64,000 nucleotides of DNA from Antedon mediterranea (lineage: Eukaryota; Animalia; Echinodermata): the NCBI RefSeq assembly GCF_964355755.1, contig NC_092670.1:31856388-31920387 (forward strand), given 5' to 3'. The notes below the pieces were generated by a model. That model had not been told where the DNA came from and searched no databases. It saw only the letters and a program-made list of their open reading frames with translations. A program made the translations under genes and the position numbers. Each line of letters starts with the position of its first letter. Position 1 is the stretch's first letter. Positions 1-11,451 of this stretch are shown one piece after another.

Positions 1-2302
1 TGTATTTGATTTAACCATTTGTTCCTTGCCATCTTCCTTAAAGCTTGGTTCCCACTAGCGACGCAACGTAAGAAAATGCCAATAATTGTGTTTGACCCCG
101 CCTGCGTGATATCAAACCTGCGATGTTTTCAGCACTGGTGCATCGTCGGTTCCCACTTGCGCAATAACAATTACGTTGTAGGATGAATTATTTATTTCTA
201 AATAGTTCCTCCTCCTACTAATATTAATGAAGAGAAACAACTTATTTGTTACAAAAAGTTCAATAGGCCTACCGATATAAATCGTCTTGTAATTCGAGGA
301 AGAAATATTATTTGTTGTTATTATTAGATAATACAGCATCTATTCTACTGTGTGCATGTGTTTTATTTATATGACGTAAACGTTTATGTTCTTAAAAATC
401 GTCAGCGTGTATAAAAAACGTAGTATCTCCTTTAGGGACTATTACATTTAATAAATATATAAATATTGACTTAAATAAGTGACATTTTGCTCTTCCCTCG
501 TGTTACCAAAAATACTGCACCAAGTGCGGGCACGTGAGGAACACGCCCAGTATTTCAGAATTGTTTAATTATCGTCTTGTAATTTGAAAACAAGGAAACA
601 TTTAATTGTAATTATAATTAGAAAATTTACGCCCACTATTTCGCAATTTGTTTTTGTGGTTTGAATTTCAAGGAAGTAATTTATGGAAAATATTGAAAAA
701 CGAAACAATTTATTAACTAAAATTAGTAACAATAGATATTGTAATTCGAGAAAATGGAATAGCTTGATCGATTATGAGTATTAAACCATTTTCTAATTCG
801 TATTACTTATAACAATTATGATTAGAAAAAAATAATAAAACACATTTTTGCAGAATATTTTTATTAACTTCCTTTTTTAGAAAAAAGCAAGTTTCCATAA
901 ACAACGATGAATAAGAAGAATATTTTTTACAAGGACGTGTCAGTTTGATCTCCTTTGCGCGTGCGTATAATCCAGACCATAATGGTTCCTTCGAGGAAGA
1001 GGCGCAATCCAATCGAGCCAATAGAGAATTAAAATTAACCTGTGAGTTTTTTTTATAGTTAGCTATTTAGTCGAAAAAATACATTTTACGGAATTGTTAT
1101 ATTATATACAATTTTATATTATATAGAATTAGGATATTTTAAAACATGTATTATATTTAAAGAATTTAACTAGCGCTGGTTTAGTTTATTAATTATGTAC
1201 ATTTAATTTTATAGCCATATTATAGAAGTAATGTCAGAAGAAGTACCAATATGATAATATGAAAACATGAATCTGGTTTTTCTTAAAAATTATAGGCTAG
1301 GCCTATACTTTGGTACTTGTTATTAACATGAGCAAAATTCCAATATTTGTACATTGTTTTCCTTAAGTTCTTTTTAAAAATGTAGTTATTTTCAATCTTA
1401 ATAAGCATTTAACTTAGCATATTTCAAACCAGCTATTGTTGTTAATAATAATAACAAGAATAACAATGGATGGTCTAACAAAGCTTTTCAGAAACGATTG
1501 ATTGATTTCAGTAAATAATCATTGATGCTAAATGTAGGTCAATAAACAAAAGTGGACAAATAATAATCTATAATAAACGTATTAACATTAATTTGTTTAT
1601 GTTTCTTAATTGTAATATATTATAATACTTAGACATACTTTACTTCATTTTAATGAAAAATTAAATTAAGTTACTTTATAAAATTATTTTTATTTATTTT
1701 TATTTATTTTTATTTTATTTAATTTTCAGGCAAACATACATGACAACACAGCGGTGCAGCACCCTGAGGATTGCCATGAGTGCAAAGCACTATCGAGATG
1801 GCTCTCCATATACTGCACTAGAACATATAAGACAAACATATACACAAGATGCTCTACATAGACAAAGACTTATTATTAAGCATGGAGAAAAATAGAAATT
1901 GTATATGCCTAGGCGTTAAGATAAAAAAATATTTTCAAATAGGCATAGGCCTATTGTATTAAAGATGTATTTTCCCCCAACATATTAGGCCTACACATGA
2001 CAAAATAAAGATGAATAACTTTGAATAGACCATTTCGTAGTTTTAGAAAAAAAAAGGTGCCAAAACAAGACAAAGTAAATATTTAAGAAAAAGTAAATAT
2101 TTTACGACGCTAATACTAATAGTATGTTACATTAAAATAACCTATTCAACGTTCAACAATATTTTAAAATTGTAAAATACATTCTGTACGGCAGCTTTAA
2201 AATACTTACATTATTTCAAAATATTACTTGCGAAACTCTCTATTATTAGTATGTGTACAGTTGCAATATCTGTTGCTTTTGTTTATTTTATCTATCGTTG
2301 TC

Positions 2303-3994
2303 TTATTCTATAATTTCTAAGTATTCGACATTACTGTCATTGTTATCGGTACTGGTGATTGTTGTGCTGTATACATGGGTTGTTTTCGCGGGCTGTAAGT
2401 GGTTTTGTACCGCGTGTCCATCCAGTGGTTTGAAGGTTGTCGGAGATTCACTGTTGACATTCAATCTATAGCAATAACCTTTATTTGTAAACAACTGTTC
2501 GGTTTTACTTGTGCTGTTTAAAGTTTGTGAGGGTGGCATATTTGCGTTTTCAGCTCTCACTATCTGCCCGCTTGTTGAAGGTATGTTTTCATCTGCAGGT
2601 TGTTTAGCTTTTGTATTTCTCTTTTTAGGTATTGGCGGTTTATTTTTTACTTTTGTAGCTTTCGCTGTAAGTTTCGCTTCTCGAGCTCTTGAATGTTTCT
2701 CATTGTTTCCTATGTCATGATAGACGTTTTCTTCTGGTCGTTCTACTGCAATCTGTACAAGTTTAGCTTCATTGTCGTGTTCGTTTGTTTGATCTTGCTG
2801 GCTTCTTGAGGTTTCAACATTACTGTCTTGCCTGCTACTTCGAACTTGTACTACATTGTTAGACTGTTTACCGTGTTTTCTTATAAGTAAGTGAATCAAT
2901 ACAAGTACAATGATTAACAATATTCCAGATGTAGATACAAAAATTATAATGATTAAATCTTTTTTCGTTATATATTTATTGTACTTCCCTTCGTTAGTAG
3001 TTTCAGAAGTACAGATTGTGCAAAGAGATGCTTGTGTGGGTGCTTCTTCAATTTCTCCGTTGACATATATTTCATCAAAGCTGCGTTGACCAACAGAACT
3101 CACCAGGCATTTGATGGTGTAATTACAGGCTGCTATATTGGAGAAACATATTTCATTGTCATCATTGTAACTCTTTATCTCAGTCATGTCATGACTATCT
3201 ACTGTCCAGTTATATAACTTATCACTTATAACTCCACCAGTAGCTACACATTTAAAGCAATGCTCACCAAAACGATGCTGCATTGTCTTGATTCTCACTG
3301 TTAATCGTGGATGAACATTTAGTATTTTTGTATAGCACCAATTCATAATACCGGCTTTCTGATCTTCTCTTGAAAGACAATAAAAGAATAGACCTTCTCC
3401 CCATTGGTAACCGTTGAAAATTTGATTAAAACGCACAGTCTCTCCGTTAGCATCTAAATCGTAAGTCTGTGTAGTACTATTTTTTCCTTGGATCCATCCA
3501 GTTTTTATTTTCGAAATTTGTGTTTTTGATAATAAACGTTTCACTGTGCATGTAATGGTTACTTCTTCCCCTTCTATGATATAATTTACTAAATCTTCAC
3601 ACGCAATTCTCCAACCGAAATATATTATATCATTCTGCTTAACGCTGCCTGAAGGAATCACAAAGTATTGATTGTTGATGTCTTGGCAGGTGTATATTCC
3701 ATCTTCTTCTTCTTCTTGAGTAAGCCTATCGTAAGAAATGAATAGTTCACATTTGACTTTTATCAGATTTGGTGCAGAATGTTTTGCAAAATCAGTACAG
3801 TTATGAGTAAATGTATAATCAGATTTATATGAAACTGTATACTCCTTACTTAACGGTACAATGTTAAGAGGTTGTGACCAGCTTTTCATTGAATAATAAT
3901 ACACTTCAAAATCAACATTGTTTTCTTCAGCCCGACAATCTTTGACAATCATTAAGAAAAATATTACGATGAGATACAACATTATTTTCGTCAT
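2303..3994 (-). CDS. Single-exon type I membrane receptor with Ig-like modules and tyrosine-motif tail, copy 1 (563 aa, intact)
   Basis: Uninterrupted ORF. Signal peptide MTKIMLYLIVIFFLMIVKDCRA; ectodomain motifs GIYTC, EGEEVTITC...GW...FYC, FKCVA..YNW..NYTIKC; TM LIIIIFVSTSGILLIIVLVLIHLLI followed by RKH; tail with ENVYHDI and terminal VEYLEIIE. Paralogous to four other loci in the window. Confidence 0.85.
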   Translation of the reverse strand: MTKIMLYLIVIFFLMIVKDCRAEENNVDFEVYYYSMKSWSQPLNIVPLSKEYTVSYKSDYTFTHNCTDFAKHSAPNLIKVKCELFISYDRLTQEEEEDGIYTCQDINNQYFVIPSGSVKQNDIIYFGWRIACEDLVNYIIEGEEVTITCTVKRLLSKTQISKIKTGWIQGKNSTTQTYDLDANGETVRFNQIFNGYQWGEGLFFYCLSREDQKAGIMNWCYTKILNVHPRLTVRIKTMQHRFGEHCFKCVATGGVISDKLYNWTVDSHDMTEIKSYNDDNEICFSNIAACNYTIKCLVSSVGQRSFDEIYVNGEIEEAPTQASLCTICTSETTNEGKYNKYITKKDLIIIIFVSTSGILLIIVLVLIHLLIRKHGKQSNNVVQVRSSRQDSNVETSRSQQDQTNEHDNEAKLVQIAVERPEENVYHDIGNNEKHSRAREAKLTAKATKVKNKPPIPKKRNTKAKQPADENIPSTSGQIVRAENANMPPSQTLNSTSKTEQLFTNKGYCYRLNVNSESPTTFKPLDGHAVQNHLQPAKTTHVYSTTITSTDNNDSNVEYLEIIE

Positions 3995-6534
3995 AGTTCT
4001 TCATAAGATAAAGTAATTCTTCAAATGTTTTATTGAGAGAATTAAAAACGTGTTGCTGCTAAGAATGATTGAATAACATTAACGGTTAGATCGAGAAGAA
4101 GGAAGTAAAAACAAAATCCATTTTTTAGATAACATTCTGATTTCAAATTATGTTCTGTAGGCCAATCTCATTAAGGAAAAAATCCAGTGACAAATTTCCT
4201 GGATTTTCTCTCGAATAGGCGTTTCCGATCGAATAAATCTGATATTTACCATAGGCTACGTGGTATTTCCTAATAATGATTTTCATTTGTGTTTTCTTTT
4301 GTTGATACGGATATTGTACGTTTATAATAAAATAAGTTTATTTTCCATATGGACTGCGAAATGCTACTTAGAAAACTTATAATTCCTTTATGGGCGTTAT
4401 TAATGTTTTCCAATTTTAAAAAGTTAAGTTGGTTTCTTCATCATTATTATCTTTCTCTTCTTTCTATTTTTTCATTCAATTGATCAATAATTGTCTTTTT
4501 TTTTTATAGCGCTTAACCAAAATAAATTTTCTCTAAATCGCTACGACCACAAGGCTCGAAACAAGGTGGAAATTACGTCATTTCATATGCTATGCGAAAG
4601 AGATGGGTTTTCAGCCAATTGTTTGAAGATGTCAATAGAATTGGCATTCTTGATTGATTGTGGAAGAGTATTCTATAGGATGGAGCTACGCAAGAGAATG
4701 ACTGGTCAGCAAAAGTATATCTGCGTGTTCTTGGTTGAAATAGTCGAGGCGAAGTGGTGGATGAATGACGAATATAAGTTTTCCTCAACAAAAGTAAATA
4801 AGACATTAACAATTAAGTAAAAAATATACAGTAAATATGTTTAATTTAAATTCATGTAAAAACTACAAATATATAAATATATATTTATATAAAAAGGTAA
4901 AACAGCAAAATTCATGAAATATAGATCAGTAATCATTAAAAAATATAATTTACAAAGATAGTTTCAAAAATACGCTGCATTAGATCGATTATTGTTAACA
5001 TATATCATTATACTCGAAAATGCATTGTGAGACAAATGATAATTGGTATCGTGTAGTTCTTATTCTAAGTCTACATCCAGTTCGATTAATAAGCATGAAA
5101 GACAAAGTCGAAAATTAGTTCTTTAGTTTTCGTAAAGTTGAATTCTAAAAGATTAACTCTACACCATTTTGCAAACCGGTTAACTTCATCAACTTTTGGC
5201 TCTTCACATAAATAGTCACTGGTATAGAGTGTGAATAAAAGTCGTTAAAGTACACAGTCTATTCCCACCCATCTCACTAAATTAATATCAGTATTCATTT
5301 TCCATTAAAATTCGGCTTATTGATATTAATTAATTAATAACAACAACAAATTAATGTTGTTTTTATCGGTGTTTTGTAGTATTGTGTAGTGGTTAAGGGG
5401 GATACATCAATTACCTAGTAAAATCTCTTATCATAATTTACCGGTATAACAAATGTTAAAATAAAGAAGGATTACAAAAAAATTTCGGTTTCAGTTTCGT
5501 AGTCTACACAATCTAAACTGATACAATCAATCAAATTCGACAAAAAGTATTTTAAATGACTGTACTGTTATAAAAATTATTACCATATAAGTACAAAAAA
5601 TATTCTTAATTTTTAGTTATTTTTCCTAGAAAGGATATTATTTTACAAACTTCCTTATGTAACAAGTATTAAGTCTAATGCTTTGTCGGGGTGTGGTTGA
5701 CTATTTGTTTTCCATACTATTCAGTTTTTCATCGTCTATATCCCATTCGGCGACGAAGTTTTCAGTGTTTCGAAATTCGTATTTCAACGAATATATATTT
5801 TGTTTGTGAAAAAAACAATTTCACAACCAATATAAAATGTATCCCACATTCGTAATCAACCATGCGAAATAAAATAAAAAGCTCAGCTTTTATTCTTGTA
5901 ATGGACAATGATACAAAGATAACGAATATTTATGTTGGGTTCGCACAGCAGACATTAAATTGTTCTTATGGAAAACAATTGCTTTAATAAAAATTGTGCT
6001 TCACCTCAATTATCACTTTAAAAACAATGTACTTCATTATCATTTTGTAGATTTATACTTTTTAAACCTTAGACTGCCCAACTTAACATTTGTCGGACGT
6101 AACAATTTTTTTATAATCTATAAGTAGACTTAAAAATCTGTTGTGGTTAACCATCGCCTTTTTTCACTCAATATTTCATAAATAATAATTGCAGAATGTA
6201 TGTACATACCGTATCCTACCCTTTTCGTTGATTTATGCTTTTTATCCTCTTTATAATATTATTTATAGTTTTAACTGTATAAATAGTATTATACTTGGAC
6301 TATAAATATCATCTACCCATTACTAATATACATATTTTGTTAAATCGTATTCATATAATTATATTGTTTTGTGTTTAGCATAAGCAGTATAACATACATT
6401 CTGTTAATTCAATTATTACAAAACTTGTTTTACTTTCCATTTTTTTTGTTAAACCATCTATTTACTAAACATGATTTAAACTTATTGTTATAAAATGCAT
6501 AATATATTTATAAATTATTTTTCTTAGCACTGAA

Positions 6535-6660
6535 GAAAAAGTGTGATGTTCCAAAATATGGTAGTGATATGCCCAAATATGGTAGTGATATGACATTATC
6601 GTGTCTATATATGGGCACATCACATTTTTTCACATAACGTTTGATAGGTAGACAAAGCTT
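6535..6660 (-). mobile_element. Partial MITE (AGCTyTGTCTAC..TATCAAAC end family)
   Basis: Reverse complement matches the element at 49491-49583 (shared gtgcccatatat / gatgtcatatcactac / gggcacatcaca blocks). Confidence 0.55.
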
Positions 6661-6667
6661 AACTGTA

Positions 6668-8000
6668 CTATGTCTCCAACACAAAATAATGAGGTGCTTC
6701 AGTGTCATTGCTGTCACCTTCTAATCTATTCGCATTAATTATTGGATTTGTTCTTAACTTGTTATCATCCGTATTGTCTGTTTTAACATAGACATTCTCA
6801 TCATTCCTATCTGTATTGCCAATTGTATAGTAAGCATCTTCTTCAGCAGCGGTCTGTGGAACATTAGACACATTCATATGGGTGTTTCTCTGATTACTTG
6901 CAGTAGGCCTTGGATTCTTGCCGGACTTTCTCTTAAGTAGATATAAGAAAATAAAAACCACTATCAACATACAGAATGTTGATGCTGCCAGTAACTCTTT
7001 GTAATGATCTTCTTCAGTTGGACATTTATACATATCGGTACTTGCTTGTGTTGGCACAGTATATGTACACCCATCGTTGCTATCTACAACATCAACCTTA
7101 GTTGGTTTATCATCATTGACGATGAACTCTATTTCATCAGAGCTATATTGATAATAAGCACTCACCAGACATTTGACGACGTAATTACCAGCTGTTAAAT
7201 TGTTGAAACACATTGTGTTACCATGATCACTATCATTCTCGGTCACTTCCTGACTATTTAATGTCCAATTATAAATGTTTTCTTTACCAACTCCAGATGT
7301 AGCCACACATCTAAAACAGTGATCACCAATATTTAGATGCATTGTTTTGACTGCCACCATTAATTGAGGGTGAACCTTAAGAATTAACATATAACAGCCT
7401 GTGGTACTGTATGTAATGCAATAGAAAAAAATGCCTTCCCCAGAGCTGTAACCTTTAAATGTTTGGTTGAAACTTACTACCTCTGTGTCAGAATTCAAAT
7501 CATATGATTGCGTAATGTTATATTTTCTTTGTATCCATCCTACCGTTATTTTATAATTGATGTTCTGTGTTTGATATACGTTTCACCTTGCACGCAATCG
7601 TTACTTCTTCTCCTTCAATGATGTAATCCACCATATCTTCACATGCAATTTGGTAAATGAATTCTTCTACCGTATCCCGATAGACTCTATCCGAAGGAAT
7701 CGAGAAGTATTTACTATCATCATATTGGCATGTGTATATTCCTATTTGTTGTTGTGTATTAAAAGATATGAAAAGTTTGCATTTTACTATTAACGTCTGT
7801 GATACAGTATATCCTACTTTGTTGCCTATCTCAAGCTTAATATACTCCTTACTTGACGGTATGATATCAATAGGTTGTGACCAATGTCTACTAGTGGAAT
7901 AGTAATAGTGAAAACTGACAACCTTTTCTTCTGCCCCACCATCTCTGAAAATCATCAATAAACTGATCAAAAGAAGACAATTATTAAGAAACGGTATCAT
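6668..8000 (-). pseudogene. Receptor copy 2, frameshifted (or encoding a 149-aa secreted form)
   Basis: ATG at 8000 (MIPFLNNCLLL...). At 7559/7560 it reads cat-c-aat-tat where copy 5 reads cat-tac-cgc-aat-tat (5 nt missing), giving TAA at 7551-7553. The shifted frame continues NYKITVGWIQ... into ORF 6668..7498 with TM and a shorter tail. Confidence 0.8.
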
Positions 8001-9660
8001 TTTCCTTAATTGAATCAGTAATGCTCCAAATAATAAGCGAATTTGTATAAGTGTTGTTAAAATAAAGATGAATGTTTTATTATTCGCTACACGGAAGTAA
8101 AACAATTATTTGCGTTTTAAATTTAAACAACAACAAAAGTATTGTTTCCAACCTGTTACGTGACATAGTCACGTGCTTAGGACCTTATCGTCTGTTTAAA
8201 AACAGTTCATTTTCTGTCGAATGAAGTATATGATAGCGTTTGTTATCTTAGTAAGTTCTATAAAGTGTTCTAGATACTAAACAATAAGTAATTTTCCTTG
8301 CTAAGTAGTAGAGAACATTTTTAAGATAGACTTTTTACAAACCTCTCTCAACCTTCCAAAGCTTTATATGATTATAATTAATTATAATTGTTATTAGTTA
8401 ATTTGCAAGCCAAGATAATGATGTAAACTTTTAGGCTGTAAACAGAATTCTCGTTTTGAGTTTTCCATAGATTGTGAAAGTCATTATAAAATAACTTTTC
8501 ATCTGATGATATCAAACCAAAGCCCCTGGGAATCAAATTTGTTTTAGTTTAGTGAAGTATTCTCAAACGTAATGAAGCAAAACAACCAATTGCATTGTCG
8601 TTCGTTAGCTTTTGATTTATGACAACATTAGGCAACTAATTGTTTCCCATTGTTTTGAGTAAGCTTATAATTAAACAATATGCTTTGTTGTTAAGAATGA
8701 GAACAGGAACTACAGTAAATAACTAAATATTAACGTATTAATTTGTTGAAATCTTTTTAACTTGTTCGTGGTGATTCTATTCATTAGAATATTATTAATG
8801 TAAGTTATTACCTTCCACAGAAAATGAATTCTTTGTTTTTGTTTTTAGCACGTTCAAATACAGTATCACACAAATCTCTAAAATGATCAGTTACATCTTG
8901 ATATTACAGACGATTGTTATAAACAGCAGTAAATTAAACTGTGTTTATATTTGTTCATCATATCTAAGAAAAAAGATTTTTTTAATTCGAAAATCAATTT
9001 AGTAATAGTCGTACAATCAAAACTGATAGACTTATTATTAGGCCTATCAACAACATACAAGCTTCTAAAAGAAAACTGTTAAAATAACTATCAATACTAT
9101 TAACTTAACTATTCACAAATATTCTTTATTTTTTCTAAGTTTGGTTCTTTTTCCTAGAAAATATTATTTGATAAGTTTCCTTATACTCGTTAAAACAATA
9201 AAGAAACAATTATTATGTGGTTTTGTCAGGGTGTGGTTGCGGAATCAAGGAAATAAAACAAGTTATTAACGTTTTAAGATGAAATAGCAACAACATTGAT
9301 TTCCAGACTGTTCTGTGTCATAGTTGTGTGCTTATGACATCATTTTCTATTTAGAAAAAAATAACAATTTACAATTCATAATATTATAATAAAAAAACAC
9401 ATTTATTTTTATACGAACCTTATTTCTAAACTTGGTCTGTTGATTTTATCTTCTTATTACAAAGTGTAGTGTGACATGAAATGGTTATGATGAAAACAAT
9501 GGTAGGCCTACAGTTTATCGGAACCCTAACAAAATAAACTATTTCATAGAATAGTATTTGTGTTTTTACTTTCAGCAAGACAGTAGGATATGTAAAGACA
9601 AACTTTACAAAATGTCGCGAATCGATTTTGAACAGGATCAGTGTCGTTCTGTTTAAACTT

Positions 9661-10557
9661 AAACAAGGCCATATACATGGCTGCAGTCGCGTGGTCAAGT
9701 TAGTGTTTACCGACCGACCAACCAACCAACCGACCGACCGACCTACCGACAAAAATCTGCTGAACATGTTTAAGATTGTTGAAAATGTTTAAAAACATTT
9801 ATATTTGTTAATTTACACGTGCATAGCCTGTCACTTTTGACGTGCTCGTATAACGTAATTTCGAGTTGGAAAGTGAATCAAATATGATGACATTATTAAA
9901 GAAAGGTTTTAAAACAGAAATCCTGTAAAAAGAGTGCGTATTAATGTTTAACGTGCAGTGCGCGTGCAAAAATTTGCGCACTCATTGCAATTTCTAAACG
10001 CTTACAAATGCCTGAAACGTACTCTAATTTCATCGAAATTAAATTTGACAATTTTGAAAATTTTAAGCGCGCGTACGCATGCGTTATATGCGCTACGCAC
10101 GTTATTGTATTGCCATAAGATGAAATATTACCTGAAATTTATGAGTACCAAATTTTATTTAATTGTGATTCATGCTTGTGAAAATATGATTACAAACGTG
10201 ATTTCGTTAAATGGTGCGTAGACCGCGTCATTTTTGATTGCGCACCGTGAAAAACATCGAGTCCTGGCCATAAGGAATATACTCTGAAAAATTGAATTAG
10301 CTAGATGAAACTGATATCAAGACAATGCCATATACATATATATGACTTATACTACATATAAAATTAACTTTTTGTGTGTGTTTTTGTAAATTGTATTTTA
10401 TATTTTTGTATTTTGCCAGTTTTCAAATCACATTTCTGTTTTTTAAATGGACAATAAAGTATATAATATGACTATGACTATGACTATGACTATAAGTTAG
10501 TGTTTACCGACCGACCGACATAGTGAGCTGTAGAGTCGCGTTGCACGCGATTAAAAA
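9661..10557 (-). mobile_element. HINE/DINE-1-like non-autonomous Helentron-type repeat, copy A
   Basis: On the minus strand: TTTT-start with TCGCGTG..CGCGACT hairpin, (GTCG/GTTG)n microsatellite, conserved ~550-bp core, 3' CACGCGACT...GGCCTTGTT; homologous to copies at 13.5, 34.3, 40.2 and 52.9 kb. Confidence 0.7.
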
Positions 10558-10919
10558 TCTAGTATATTTAGTTATGGTATACACACGTATTTATTTCAAT
10601 TTGATGCTTAGTGAAATAGTTATAATAATAATGTTTAATAATTACATACACAATTAAAAGGTAAAAGTAAATATGACAAAAAAAATCGCACACTTATATA
10701 ATATTACTTTAAACAATAGACAGTAGTATGCAGCAATGTACATAAAGTTATAATAAATCAGTTGTTTAGCTATTCAAATTTATGTGTTTATTTTATTCAA
10801 TTGTTTATAATTATTCAGCATATTTTTACAGCGTCAGATCTTTTAAAGCAGTTGGATCTTTGTCCTTTACATTATATATTCAAATATGTATGGCTGTGTT
10901 TAAAATGAATAAGAATCTC

Positions 10920-11193
10920 TTATTCTATTATTTCTAAGTATTTTTGAACATTTCTCGTCATTTTGGATATCATAATACAGTTTTTCTTCTGGTCTTTCTA
11001 CTTTCATATCTTTGATCGGTGAATTGTGTAAACCCTCTTTGATGGTGTCTTCAGTTTCTGTTTGTTGGCTTCTTGAGGTTTTAACAATACTATCATTTCT
11101 GCTGCTTTGGGCTTGTTTTACATTGTTTGGCTGTTTCTCGTGTTTTCGTATGTAAAGCAATACAAGTACAACAATTATTAATATTCCAGATGA
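10920..11193 (-). pseudogene. Receptor copy 3, doubly deleted relic (TM plus part of tail)
   Basis: SGILIIVVLVLLYIRKHEKQPNN...RPEEKLYYDI matches the copy 5 TM/tail. The terminal YLEIIE* codons (10920-10940) are present but out of frame after an internal deletion; the ectodomain is missing. Confidence 0.85.
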
Positions 11194-11451
11194 TTTCAAA
11201 CCCTATGTGACTCCAACCCTGAGAATTGTTATTTTAAATTTCAAATTTGTTTAGAAGTTTAATGTAGCTCAAGTTTGGCAAATATTCTCAAACGTGATGA
11301 ATCAAAAAACAACCAATCGTCTTTCGTTTGTACATTTTAATTAGCGATGAGCTAAGACCTATAGTTACGTCCTGTAAATTCATTGTGCGCATGCGGAGAT
11401 ATCGGGATTGCGCGTCCTCACTCTCGATTCATAGAAAGAGTTGTGGTGATC

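Noticed and set aside
519-533. 15-bp identity (accaagtgcgggcac) to a BRCA1 RING exon
   Set aside because: No flanking similarity; compatible with chance.
39-1050. MITE-like start (agcttggttcccactag) and a CCAAT pair near 1010-1023
   Set aside because: No matching right end or associated gene could be established within the window.
8001-8105. Extended N-terminus of the 184-aa ORF
   Set aside because: Non-ATG start; paralog alignment places the start at ATG 8000.
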